A stretch of 64,000 nucleotides of DNA. It comes from Promethearchaeota archaeon (GTDB taxonomy: Archaea > Asgardarchaeota > Lokiarchaeia > Sigyniarchaeales > SOKP01). Both the position numbers and the translations under genes were made by a program. Positions 38,559 to 48,709 of this stretch are shown in pieces (positions within the stretch are counted from its first letter, which is position 1; the number at the start of each line of letters is the position of its first letter). Below the pieces are notes generated by a model. It was not told where the DNA came from. It did not search any database and saw nothing but the letters and a program-made list of their open reading frames with translations. The stretch is taken from NCBI GenBank assembly GCA_019057795.1, contig JAHLWS010000060.1, positions 1-64,000 on the forward strand, written 5' to 3'.

Positions 38559-38727
38559 CTAAGGTTTCTGGAATAAGTCCTCCTTCTCCTGAAAGAACAG
38601 TAATTGTTTTAATTCCTATATAAAGTCTATCAGATTGGGGTATATCTCCTAATAAAACTACAGGATTAGGACCAACCTCCTCGTTCATCTCAGTGTATAA
38701 AATTCCATTAATTAGTTCTGTCTCCAT
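38518..38727 (-). pseudogene. N-terminal fragment of a longin/uDENN-like domain protein
   Basis: GPNP...KTI...GE...ILPFP pattern shared with the N-domains of 47109..48632 and 60766..62178, but it stops after 69 aa. Confidence 0.6.
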
Positions 38728-38880
38728 TTTAGCGTGATATTAAAGTGATTATTATCAATTAATTTTTACTTGATTTCTTAATATAGTTATGATTGAAAAA
38801 TATAAATATTAACGGTTTTCAATTTTAATATTGATAGAGTTATGAGTTAATAACTTTTTTTAATGAGCAATTCAAAAAAG

Positions 38881-38981
38881 TGGGAAAGGAGGGAATTGAA
38901 CCCCCGATCGCTCAGTTCCGAACCGAGATTTACGCTGAGATCAAAGGATCTCAGAATCATACCAAGCTAGACCACCTTCCC
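38881..38981 (-). tRNA. tRNA-Pro(CGG) with a 27-nt intron at position 25/26 (38929-38955)
   Basis: Acceptor GGGAAGG/CTTTCCC+A, D loop AGCTTGGTA, anticodon arm CTCGG-TTCGGAA-CTGAG, T arm GGGGG-TTCAATT-CCCTC. Intron removal gives 74 nt; CCA is not encoded. Confidence 0.92.
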
Positions 38982-39067
38982 AGCGCCAATCTTAGCTATA
39001 ATTGAAATTGAGGATTAATTAGGTAATAATAATGAAAAAGAATTATAATTAAGGTATCCTAATGTTA

Positions 39068-39349
39068 TTAATCTTTAATATTTTCAAGCAAGGAAATTAT
39101 CCGGTATATTGTTGTACGACTATGAAAGGGAATATTAGCATCTTGTGCTAAATCATTAATCATATACATAACATTACTTGCAAGAACCGCAGGTGTATCG
39201 TCATCTCGTTGTAATTCGTCAATTCCTTTTTGAGCGACACGTTTTATATTTCTCGGTACGCCTCGGTCGTTAATCATTCCATTTAAAAGAAACTCAACAT
39301 TTTTAAAAGTTTCAAGTATATCTTCAGTAAATTCCTTTCCTCTTGGCAA
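39068..39349 (-). CDS. UPF0147 family protein
   Basis: DRGVPRNIKR and DANIPFHSRT motifs. Confidence 0.85.
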   Translation of the reverse strand: MPRGKEFTEDILETFKNVEFLLNGMINDRGVPRNIKRVAQKGIDELQRDDDTPAVLASNVMYMINDLAQDANIPFHSRTTIYRIISLLENIKD

Positions 39350-39492
39350 AATAACTCACCAATTTTTTTATTTTAAGCGTAAATTTAATTAGAAAAACTC
39401 AGATACTTAACTTTTTTAAATATTAATTGAAATTTAATTTTTTTGATTTTAAGAAATAGTTTAAATAAATGTTTTAAATTATTATTCAAAGA

Positions 39493-42402
39493 TCAAAATA
39501 TTCCAAATTCTCGTATTTTTTTCGTAAGTTTTGGGAATAACTCTTCTAGCTCTTCGATTTGTTTGTTGAATTTGTTGTATAGTTGATTAAAAGTTTTAAT
39601 TTCACCTAGATTAAGTTCTTTAATAAAATCATATGAAATTTCAGATACCTCTTTAAAAGTATTATCAAATTTTTCGGTGATTTCTTTTAATTCCTTATCA
39701 ATTGCTTTTCTTTGTTTTCGCAACATATTTCTTAATTTTCCCCGGGGAGTTCTAATCTTTTCAATTAGGACATCACATTTATCTAAAAATTGATATGTTT
39801 TCGCTCTGCTTTCTTCAGATAATTTCGCTTCAATTATTTCAGTTCTCCAAGTATTAATTCTCCCACGCGCATATGTATCAAAATTTAAAGAAATGGAATC
39901 AATCCCTTCGCGTACTAAAAATCTGAGAAATTCTGGGTCATCGCTTGGAGCCTGCCCACATATTCCCACCTTTTTATTTCTTTCGTGAGCAATTTTAATA
40001 AGATGGCTAATTGCTCTCCTTATTGCTTCACTGTTAGTAATATAGTTAAATTGTTTTGCAATAGGAATTAATTTTTGATTATCTCTACCCGCACCATATA
40101 TTAATTGGGTCAAATCGTTTGAGCCTATAGAAAAACCATCGAAATAATCACAGAATATGTCCGCAAGAAAAATATTTGAAGGGATCTCTGCCATACAGTA
40201 TAGTTGCAATCCATCTTTTCCTCTAACCAAATCTTCGTTTTCCATTATTTGTTGAATGTGTTGCGCCTCTTCAGGCGTCCTACAGAATGGAATCATCGGA
40301 ATAATATTTGTTAAACCCCATTCTCGAGCTTTGGCGATTGCACGTAGTTCTAATATAAAAGCATTTTGGAAATCATTGGATACATAACGAGAAGCACCTC
40401 GAAAGCCTAGCATAGGATTATTTTCATCGCTTTCGTAAATCCAACCCCCAAGAAGGTTCCTATACTCGTTTGTTTTAAAATCAGAGAGTCTTACTACACA
40501 CGGGGCAATGCTCCCGTCTCTTAATTTTTTCCAAACCCCCGCAGCTATAGTTGCAATACCTTCCGCTAATTTTTCTACATAAAAGTCTTCTTTGTCGGAA
40601 TAACCAATAGTTGATTCTCTTATTTTATCTATCGTTTGTTTTAATTTTCTAATTTCTTGATTGAAGGGATCTTTACGATGTAAATCGCTTTTCTTAATGT
40701 TTTCAATCCTTTTTCTTTGTTCCAATAAGACATCATATCTCATTACTAAAGCGTCAAAATCTATTAACGCATTTGGGTGAATTTGAATCTCGTCGTTAAT
40801 TATAAATTCTAACCTTGCTAAACCGGTGCCATCAGGATACTTTCCGGAAGATAAAGCACCCTTAGGAATTCCTAAGTTAACTAAAACTTGGGTTTTTGTG
40901 CTTGGAAGTTGTGCGAATTCGATCGTATCGAAATCGTATTCTACTTCTTTAAGCCAGATTCGAGGTTCTCCTTCGCTGCAATCGATGGTAACGCTTTCGA
41001 GACCATCACGTTGTTTTTCTTTAATAATTTCGACGATATTATCTGCTCCTACTATCGATGCGATATTTAATTCTCTGGAGACGATCGCTGCGTGACATGT
41101 CGGGCCACCTCGTTCAGTTATCACGCCTCCTAAGTTTTGCATATACGATGTCCAATCAGGGTTAGTCTCTTCGGTGATTAAAATATCTCCTTCTTCTAGT
41201 AAATGAGCGTTGTTAATTGTTTCGATTACTTTGACTTTACCATAACCAATTCGACGTCCTATTGCAGTTCCTGAATTTTCAACCAAATAACCGTCTTCAG
41301 TTAATTTTTTAGGATTTTCTAATAAATAAAAGATTTCCTCAGTATCTCCTTTTTGTGAGTGGACCGTTTCAGGCCGTGCTTGAACGATGTAAATCTTGCC
41401 ATTATTTCCTAAAGCCCATTCTATATCCATTGGTTGGTTGTAATGACTTCTAATTTTGATGGCATATCTTGCTAAAATTTTGACTTGCTCTTCATTTAAA
41501 CAATATTGTTTTTGTCTTTCTAATTCAACAGGGAGGGTCATTGTACCGCCTTTCTGTTTGTCAAAAATCATTATTTGTTCCTTTTTTACTAAATCCTTAC
41601 TAATTATCGGTAAATTTGGATCGTGTTTAAAGACAATGAACTCATCTCCTTTTTCTATTCCTTGAACGATAAGTTCTCCAAGCCCCCAAGTGCCTCTAAT
41701 AGTTATTACGTTAGGGTTTCCCGAATCGGGGTCTTCTGTAAACATAACGCCCGATGTTTTTACTCCTTCCAACCCTCCAGCAATCTCTTGCACGCCAACG
41801 CTAAGTTTAACGGAAAAGTGGTCAAAACCAGCTCTCTCTCGATACATAGTTGCTCTTGTCGTAAAAACGGAAGCCATATCTTTAAGTACATATTCTAAAA
41901 TTTGATTTTCTCCCGAAATATTGAGGTGCGTATCTTGTTGACCCGCAAACGAGGCATCAGGTAAATCCTCTGCTGTCGCTGAGCTTCTAATGGCAAAGGT
42001 GCTTTCACCTCCAATTCGCTCGATCAATTTATGGTAAGCTTCTATTATCTCATCAGCTAAACTATCTGGAATTTTAGCTTGTTCTATTACATACCGGATG
42101 TTGGCACAAAATTTATCGACTTTTTGAATGGATTTGATATCTTCTTTTTTAAGCTCTTTAGAAATCTTGTTGATATCCCGCTTAATATATTCTTTTAGAG
42201 TTATCTCCTCGTCTTTAATTCTAAAATAATTAGTTTCTAGAATGTAATCGTAAGCTTTAGCGGTGACGGCAAAACCAAGCGGAACTGGAATACCAAACGA
42301 TAAAAGTTCTCCTAAGGACGCGTTTTTTCCACCGACAATATCTACGTCATTTTTTCTTATATCATCAAAAAATTTAATGTATCGAAAATCATATTCAGTC
42401 AT
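39493..42402 (-). CDS. ppsA: Phosphoenolpyruvate synthase (pyruvate,water dikinase)
   Basis: GGKNASLGE, RSSATAEDLPDASFAGQQ, phospho-His GGPTCHAAIVSRE, ENNPMLGFRG, SIGSNDLTQ and CGQAPSD. Confidence 0.95.
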   Translation of the reverse strand: MTEYDFRYIKFFDDIRKNDVDIVGGKNASLGELLSFGIPVPLGFAVTAKAYDYILETNYFRIKDEEITLKEYIKRDINKISKELKKEDIKSIQKVDKFCANIRYVIEQAKIPDSLADEIIEAYHKLIERIGGESTFAIRSSATAEDLPDASFAGQQDTHLNISGENQILEYVLKDMASVFTTRATMYRERAGFDHFSVKLSVGVQEIAGGLEGVKTSGVMFTEDPDSGNPNVITIRGTWGLGELIVQGIEKGDEFIVFKHDPNLPIISKDLVKKEQIMIFDKQKGGTMTLPVELERQKQYCLNEEQVKILARYAIKIRSHYNQPMDIEWALGNNGKIYIVQARPETVHSQKGDTEEIFYLLENPKKLTEDGYLVENSGTAIGRRIGYGKVKVIETINNAHLLEEGDILITEETNPDWTSYMQNLGGVITERGGPTCHAAIVSRELNIASIVGADNIVEIIKEKQRDGLESVTIDCSEGEPRIWLKEVEYDFDTIEFAQLPSTKTQVLVNLGIPKGALSSGKYPDGTGLARLEFIINDEIQIHPNALIDFDALVMRYDVLLEQRKRIENIKKSDLHRKDPFNQEIRKLKQTIDKIRESTIGYSDKEDFYVEKLAEGIATIAAGVWKKLRDGSIAPCVVRLSDFKTNEYRNLLGGWIYESDENNPMLGFRGASRYVSNDFQNAFILELRAIAKAREWGLTNIIPMIPFCRTPEEAQHIQQIMENEDLVRGKDGLQLYCMAEIPSNIFLADIFCDYFDGFSIGSNDLTQLIYGAGRDNQKLIPIAKQFNYITNSEAIRRAISHLIKIAHERNKKVGICGQAPSDDPEFLRFLVREGIDSISLNFDTYARGRINTWRTEIIEAKLSEESRAKTYQFLDKCDVLIEKIRTPRGKLRNMLRKQRKAIDKELKEITEKFDNTFKEVSEISYDFIKELNLGEIKTFNQLYNKFNKQIEELEELFPKLTKKIREFGIF

Positions 42403-42560
42403 AGCTAACTTATATTAGGTTAATTCTTATATTAATTTATTTTAAGTTTTTGATGCTTAATAAAATTATAAATAAATTGTACTAGTTAAAAAGGCTGTTT
42501 TTTATTTTAAAAAGTAAAATTAGTATGGCATACCATAAAAGTATGGTATTTCATAATTAA

Positions 42561-43079
42561 CTAATTTAATTCTTTTTTAAAAATTTTAAAATCTGGTTTT
42601 GAATATAAACAAAAAACAACTTCCTCAATTTGAGTTTCTCCAGATAAGTATTCTTTCGCAGTAGAAATCATTATTTTAGCACATTTCTCTATAGGATACC
42701 CAAAAATACCCGTGGATATCGCTGGAAACGCGATGTTTCTTAATTCGTGCTCATCCATCAATTTAAGGCTATTTATTATGGTATTCTTCAATTTTTCATC
42801 TTCATTGCCCTCACCCATACGCGGCCCAATAGCATGAATAACATGTTTAGCTTTTAAGTTTCCCCCGGTCGTTATAACTGCCCCACCTACGAAATGTCCT
42901 CCGATTTTGTTGCATTCTTCTTGAATTAAAGGCCCTCCTTTACGTCTTATGGCTCCAGCGACTCCGCCTCCCATAATTAATTGGGCGTTTGCAGCGTTCA
43001 CGATAACATCAGTGTTTAATTCTGTAATATCTCCTTGAACTAACTTTATTTTAGAATTGCTAATAGTAATTTCATTCAT
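42561..43079 (-). CDS. Macro domain protein (ADP-ribose binding/hydrolase)
   Basis: GDIT, IVNAAN..L..GGGVAGAI and FPAISTGIFGYP. Confidence 0.95.
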   Translation of the reverse strand: MNEITISNSKIKLVQGDITELNTDVIVNAANAQLIMGGGVAGAIRRKGGPLIQEECNKIGGHFVGGAVITTGGNLKAKHVIHAIGPRMGEGNEDEKLKNTIINSLKLMDEHELRNIAFPAISTGIFGYPIEKCAKIMISTAKEYLSGETQIEEVVFCLYSKPDFKIFKKELN

Positions 43080-43124
43080 AATCTCTTATTTCAAATTGCT
43101 AATTTGATAATAAAAACAAAAGAA

Positions 43125-43865
43125 TTAATCAGGTTGAGGTTCTTTCTCCTTTTTTAGAATTTCATCGAGTTTTGCTCGATCCTCGTCGCTCATTTTGCTC
43201 ATTGCTTCCATGTTTTGCCGCATTAAGTCCATCATAACTTTTTGTGAAATTATCTGGCTCAATACAGGTAAAGATATTCTCATTCGAGTTAGCTCGTAAA
43301 ACATATGTTTTGCCGTTTCCCTCATCTCCTTTAGATCTTCTTTACTCATACCTTCTTCTCCAATACCAGGGCAATCTACATCAACGACCGTAAAGTTCTT
43401 TCCGTCAAATTCTAACGGATATGTTCTGCAACTCAAAGGACGGTTATCGTAGACTAAACATTGTTTTTGGTCTTTATTGTATAACGGGCATTTTTCCTCT
43501 AATAAATCTTCGATCGGGACGTTTCCAAAGGGGTCTCTCGGAGTTTTTTCTTCTCCTTCTTTCGGAGAAGGTGGTAAAGGTTTAAAGATCAAATCTATTC
43601 CGCCATCTGGTTTGTGATATATGTCTAAATATGGTAAGAAATTAGCAACTACTCCATTTTTAGCCCATAGTTCAATATCCCAAAATGTTATTGGTATTGG
43701 TCCACGAGTTAAACAACAATTATCACACCGGGTGCATTTAAAAGTAAATTTTGCTTTGGTTTCTTCAGTTGCGATTTTTTCAGTTGTTTCTTCTTTTTCT
43801 TGCTCCTTTTCAGCAATTACTTCATTTTCATCGATATTTTCTTTTTTTTCATTACTTTCTTCCAA
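43125..43865 (-). CDS. YkgJ family CxxCxxCC cysteine-cluster protein
   Basis: CTRCDNCC, CPLY, CLVYDNRPLSCRTYP and CPGIG. Confidence 0.9.
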   Translation of the reverse strand: MEESNEKKENIDENEVIAEKEQEKEETTEKIATEETKAKFTFKCTRCDNCCLTRGPIPITFWDIELWAKNGVVANFLPYLDIYHKPDGGIDLIFKPLPPSPKEGEEKTPRDPFGNVPIEDLLEEKCPLYNKDQKQCLVYDNRPLSCRTYPLEFDGKNFTVVDVDCPGIGEEGMSKEDLKEMRETAKHMFYELTRMRISLPVLSQIISQKVMMDLMRQNMEAMSKMSDEDRAKLDEILKKEKEPQPD

Positions 43866-44221
43866 TTTAAATCTCCCTTTTTTTTTTTAAATTTAGTTTT
43901 TTATAATTACTCAACAATAAAAATAAAGCCTTGAAAAAAAATTCTATCATTTTTTTTTATTTTTTTTGAAATATCCCCAATCATCCAATTTTCAAGCCTA
44001 TATTGAAAATAAAGCTCAAAATCTCGTAAAAATGATTAGAGAATGTCTTTAGTATGTATTATATTTAAATAGATTTCTTAACGATTATGTAAGCTTATTT
44101 AAAGCGCGAATATAAAGAAATTAACAAATAATCTTAAATATAATTGACATTTAAATTTTGTAATAAGTCTTTTTAGAACTAATCAATTATATGTATTAAT
44201 CATTTTTAGATTCGGGTTGCT

Positions 44222-45301
44222 ATGAAAACTTTTTTTCACAATAAATATGTTATATGGTTGCTATTTTCAATAATTCTGATTTTAGGCTTCTTTTTTGGTT
44301 TATTAATACCAATTATTAAGCCTGAAGTTAATAGCGTCATGTTATTAGTTCTAACTCTTGCACTGTTTTTATTTCAATCCCTTTTCATTTTAAAATTTAT
44401 TAGCGCCGGTTTTGAAAACCGAAGAAAAATTGGAGTTTTATTACTACATTTTTTTAACTTATTATTTTCAGTAGTTATAGGGCTTTCGATTTCTTTAATG
44501 GAATCTACTTCAAAATATAATTTTGGCTTAGTTATGATACCTTTACTTGTAGTCTTAAGCTATATTATAACTGACAAATATGATAAAACCGGTAAAGAAG
44601 TTAGATACGAACAAGAATTAGAAGAAGGAACGAAGTCAAATAAGCCCGTTATAGAGTTTGAAAACAAAAAGTATATATTTTCAATTAATTCGCTCGTAAT
44701 TTTAGCTTTTGGAACTCCAATATTGGCTTATCTAATATATTTGTTTTTTGACACGGAACCCCAGTATTGGTTGCATGAAATCGTAGTTAAGCAAACAATA
44801 TATCTTCTTAATTTATTTTTTGATATGGGAGTAAGTGCTAATTATTCGCCAACAGGTACACACCATTGGAGCTTTGATTTCGTAGGTGGCAATATTAATG
44901 GTGATCCGTTAGGTAGTATTTCTTTTGAAACCTTTTGCACAGGAGTGCAGGCAATTTGTGTTTTTGCAGGGATCATTATATGTACTCCCCATTCTCAAGA
45001 TAGAGAAACTAATAAAGATATTATCTGGAGAAAAACAAAATCGTTAATAATTTCGTCGTTGATCTTTTATGTGGTAAATATTATTCGCATGTTAATTCAG
45101 TTAGAGTTATATTATCTCGGATATCCCTGGGATAGCATTCACGTTTCAATTAGCGCTGCAAGTTCTTTTGTCGCAGCTATCATTATTCTCTTATTACACA
45201 AGTGGATCCCTGAACTCATTATATCTATCATATATATTGGCACTTTACTTAGTAAGAGATTTAAACTCTTGAAAGAACCTAAAAAAGATAAAAATAATTA
45301 A
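44222..45301 (+). CDS. Archaeosortase (exosortase family; archaeosortase H-like)
   Basis: Multi-TM protein with catalytic Cys (FETFCTGVQ), N..R (VNIIR) and a downstream His (SIH). Confidence 0.82.
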   Translation: MKTFFHNKYVIWLLFSIILILGFFFGLLIPIIKPEVNSVMLLVLTLALFLFQSLFILKFISAGFENRRKIGVLLLHFFNLLFSVVIGLSISLMESTSKYNFGLVMIPLLVVLSYIITDKYDKTGKEVRYEQELEEGTKSNKPVIEFENKKYIFSINSLVILAFGTPILAYLIYLFFDTEPQYWLHEIVVKQTIYLLNLFFDMGVSANYSPTGTHHWSFDFVGGNINGDPLGSISFETFCTGVQAICVFAGIIICTPHSQDRETNKDIIWRKTKSLIISSLIFYVVNIIRMLIQLELYYLGYPWDSIHVSISAASSFVAAIIILLLHKWIPELIISIIYIGTLLSKRFKLLKEPKKDKNN

Positions 45302-45332
45302 AATATAACATTAGTTCAATAAATAATCTGTA

Positions 45333-46244
45333 ATGTTTATTATGCTAAATTTTGAAAAAGAACAAAAAATTATTGAAATTGGAACGACTCGAATCGGAGG
45401 ACAGCCAGGCGAAAACCCTGTTGTAATGATTGCCACCGTTTTTTACGCCAATCACGCTGCTTTGTTGGACGAGAAAAAAGGTGAAATCGATAAGAAGCTT
45501 GTCGAACAAGAGTTGAACGAATTTTCCGAAATTATCGAAGAAACGGGAATGCAAGGGATAGTAGATGTAGTTGGGGGCTATCCAGATGCTTTATTAAAAG
45601 AATGTGAATATGTCGCTGATGTCGTTGATTACCCTTTCTTAGTTGACGGATTAAACGACGCTTCGCGCATTCCGACAATGGAGGGACTTAAAGAAATTGG
45701 TTTATTGGATAGAGCTATTTTAAACAGTATCGACGACGCTACAAGCGAAGAGAGTTTAAATAAATTAAAAGAAATTGGAGTAAAGCACGCGGTTTTATTA
45801 ACTTTTGGAAACAGATACATATTTCCTCAGGCAAAATTAGATTTTCTTAAGAACGAATTAATAGCAAAGGCTCAAAGAGCTAACATTGAAAACATCATGA
45901 TTGATACCGCAGTGTTAGACTTACCTTCGATTGCGATTAATGTTGAGACAACAAGGTTAGTAAAAACTGAATTAGGATTACCCGTAGGATTCGCTCCCGC
46001 AAACGCAATTTATGGGTGGAACTTCGTTAAAAAATACGGCGATTCGGCTAGATGTGGTGGTATTGCGTCATTAATGGCATATTGCGTTAACGCTGGAAGC
46101 GATTTTGTGTTATTTGGTCCGGTCAAGTTTGCTAAGTGTATTATTCCCGCCATGTCTCTCATTTCAGGAATTAATTCGTATTATCGAAAAAGAATTCTAC
46201 GGAAAAAGATTTCAGATCGGACCCCATTGAAACACATATTTTAA
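45333..46244 (+). CDS. mtrH: MtrH/MtgA-like methyl-pterin:corrinoid methyltransferase
   Basis: FEKEQKI.EIG...IGGQPGENP, RAILNSI, P.G.APAN and DFVLFGP. Confidence 0.82.
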   Translation: MFIMLNFEKEQKIIEIGTTRIGGQPGENPVVMIATVFYANHAALLDEKKGEIDKKLVEQELNEFSEIIEETGMQGIVDVVGGYPDALLKECEYVADVVDYPFLVDGLNDASRIPTMEGLKEIGLLDRAILNSIDDATSEESLNKLKEIGVKHAVLLTFGNRYIFPQAKLDFLKNELIAKAQRANIENIMIDTAVLDLPSIAINVETTRLVKTELGLPVGFAPANAIYGWNFVKKYGDSARCGGIASLMAYCVNAGSDFVLFGPVKFAKCIIPAMSLISGINSYYRKRILRKKISDRTPLKHIF

Positions 46245-46347
46245 GAGATTTATTATTTTTGTAAATTGAAAGAATTACCTTTTTTTCTTTAGTATTTTAA
46301 ATAAAAATAAGCCTATTTATTGTAAAAAGAAGTTCTACGAAATCAGA

Positions 46348-46632
46348 ATGAAAACATTTGAAGAATTAACCGATTTAGAGAGATCTATTTTACTAATTTG
46401 GGGAAAGGAATTAAATTTTAGTACAACAACCCATCGTCAAATAGAAAAGATAAACAAAAGAATAGATGCTATTCTGCCTGAAATTATCCATAAAGATAAA
46501 AAAAGAATAAATAAAACACTAATAAATAGTGGATTTATTGTCAAGCATCCTACAGGAAGGAGTAAAACATATCAATTAAGTCCTTACGGGTTAAGATGTT
46601 GTAATATTGTAAAGCGTGAAAATGATATTTAA
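46348..46632 (+). CDS. Small basic protein, possible winged helix
   Basis: L..SGFI...PTGRSKTYQLSPYG wing-like pattern. Confidence 0.55.
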   Translation: MKTFEELTDLERSILLIWGKELNFSTTTHRQIEKINKRIDAILPEIIHKDKKRINKTLINSGFIVKHPTGRSKTYQLSPYGLRCCNIVKRENDI

Positions 46633-46807
46633 TGAGGAGATTAATATTTTAAATACGAATAACACCATACAAAATATTTTTTATCGGATAACATTTAAAT
46701 ATAAATTTTATTATATTTATAGATTGAGAATCAAATATATATATATTATAAATATCAGAAATTATTTGAAATGTTCATTTAATTTAGGTTTGGAGGAAAA
46801 TTAAAAA

Positions 46808-47089
46808 ATGGATATGCTAAAATTAGCAAATCAAGTGAGGAGGAAAAAGGCTCAAGATAATAAATGGTTTCTATATGAGTTTATCGATAAAACACCTGGT
46901 TTAACAGTTTACGAGATGAGCAAAAAACTCAACTGGACTATTGGAAAATTAAATTATTACGTACAGAAACTAGTAAAAGATGGAATGATTTATAACTCTG
47001 ATGAAGTGGTTAATGGTAGAAATCAGAAAAGATACACTGGAAAAACTGTGAAAGAATTTATTAACTGGGATGAATTTAACAAAAAATAA
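46808..47089 (+). CDS. Winged-helix DNA-binding protein
   Basis: PGLTVYEMSKKLNWTIGKLNYYVQKLVKDGMI; GGAGG SD upstream. Confidence 0.8.
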   Translation: MDMLKLANQVRRKKAQDNKWFLYEFIDKTPGLTVYEMSKKLNWTIGKLNYYVQKLVKDGMIYNSDEVVNGRNQKRYTGKTVKEFINWDEFNKK

Positions 47090-47108
47090 ACTTTTATTAC
47101 TTTAAATT

Positions 47109-48632
47109 TTAAGAGATATACCTTATTAGTAAATCTTGTGTACGGTCAAGAAAATCTTGAATGTTTTGGTTAATTTTCTCTTTTGTGCTCTCGTTGTCTA
47201 ATAAGAAAAGAATGAACATATCGTAATGTAAAACCTTAATTTTCTTAAACAAAATAACTGAGTTTGAAACTTTAAATACCACTTCGCCCTTCTCTGCAGC
47301 TTTATATTTTGAAAATATTTTAAACAACATGGCAAATTGTGGAGCTACAACCTCAAATATGTTTAATAAATCCTCAGATTTTTGCATTTTTGTGATTTTC
47401 ATTGCCTCAGGAGTATAAAATTCAGCCAATACTAATCCATCGTTGCTTAACAAGAGCGCCAAACACGCGTTAGTTTTTGACGAAAATATATGAAGGTTAT
47501 GTTCGATCAAGTCTCTGTTTGGACTTAATTTGGCTATACCTGAAGAAAAAGCTCTTAAAATAGTAAAGATTTGAAATACACTTGTTATGTAAATTTCAGG
47601 ACTTTTGTCTAAAGAGATTTTAGCTAACTTATTTTTTATTACTTTTAAATAATTTTTAATTTCTTTAGAATCAATTATGTCGGGGTCTCCTTTCGATAAA
47701 ATGTAGATAATTGGAGTTGCCTGTTCTAGTTGAGCTAATGCTTTTTTTATATTTTTAAGATATTCAAAACTTTCTTCAAATCGGGCTTTATTTTTTATAT
47801 CAATGAAATAGAAAAGCAAATCTGCTTCGAATAAATAGATCTGGGCTTTATTAAGATATTTTTCGTGGTATGCTTTTTGACCACCTAAGTCCCACAGAAA
47901 AATTGTAGCCCCTAGTGCTTCTATTGAACTTACATCTGCCCCCCTCGTAGGTTTTAATCCAATCAATTTTGAAAATTTTCTATCTATTGAAAGCAAAAAG
48001 CTCGTCTTCCCACTATCGTCAAGGCCCGCGAATAAAATTTTCATTTTTCTTTGCGATGTAATAGGCGTTACTGGAGTTTTTTCAATTGTGATTATTTTTT
48101 TTAAAAGGCTCTTAAAATAACGTTTTACTTGCTCTTGTGGTTGGAACTCTTCAGCAATTATTTTATCAAACTGGTTAAAGAAATCGATAACAATATTTTT
48201 TAATCGATTGATGTTGTTATACAAGAATCCTCTTTGATTCTCGTCTACTAATATGCAGAAAGCAGTTGCCAAAGGAGCTTCATCAAATTTTACTTCAACA
48301 AAATGAAAAAATGTAAGTGCTGTTAAATGAAAATCTGGAAATGGGATAACTCCAAAGTATTGGTATTGCTTTAGCAAAGCGGAGTCTTTATTAAATAACG
48401 TCCCGTCCCCGAGGAGAAGGCTTAAGGTTTTAATTGAGATTTGCGTATAATCTCTTAAAGACATTTTAAGCCCTTTTCCAACTAATTTTTCTTTATTTTC
48501 AACTCCCAAAGCTTTCTCCTTAATTGGTTTAGGGAACATATAAATTGGTTGAGGACCTAATTTGTCGTAGGCGCAAAACACTAGTCCTTTGACCAAAGAA
48601 AACTCAATTAAATCATCCATTACATAGAACAT
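47109..48632 (-). CDS. Longin/uDENN-like + Arf/Rag-like GTPase + roadblock-like fusion protein
   Basis: GLDDSGKTS, PTRG, WDLGGQ and SKGD; C-domain LLSNDGLVLA; N-domain GPQP...FGVIPFPD. Confidence 0.8.
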   Translation of the reverse strand: MFYVMDDLIEFSLVKGLVFCAYDKLGPQPIYMFPKPIKEKALGVENKEKLVGKGLKMSLRDYTQISIKTLSLLLGDGTLFNKDSALLKQYQYFGVIPFPDFHLTALTFFHFVEVKFDEAPLATAFCILVDENQRGFLYNNINRLKNIVIDFFNQFDKIIAEEFQPQEQVKRYFKSLLKKIITIEKTPVTPITSQRKMKILFAGLDDSGKTSFLLSIDRKFSKLIGLKPTRGADVSSIEALGATIFLWDLGGQKAYHEKYLNKAQIYLFEADLLFYFIDIKNKARFEESFEYLKNIKKALAQLEQATPIIYILSKGDPDIIDSKEIKNYLKVIKNKLAKISLDKSPEIYITSVFQIFTILRAFSSGIAKLSPNRDLIEHNLHIFSSKTNACLALLLSNDGLVLAEFYTPEAMKITKMQKSEDLLNIFEVVAPQFAMLFKIFSKYKAAEKGEVVFKVSNSVILFKKIKVLHYDMFILFLLDNESTKEKINQNIQDFLDRTQDLLIRYIS

Positions 48633-48709
48633 TCTGGAATATTATTTTTTAATAATAAAGGTAGGAAAGTTAATTATTTAATAATAATAGATTTTTTACT
48701 AGAACACTA

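Noticed and set aside
38881-38925. tRNA-Pro 3' end as an att site of an integrated element
   Set aside because: No second copy of the tRNA end and no integrase noticed in the window.
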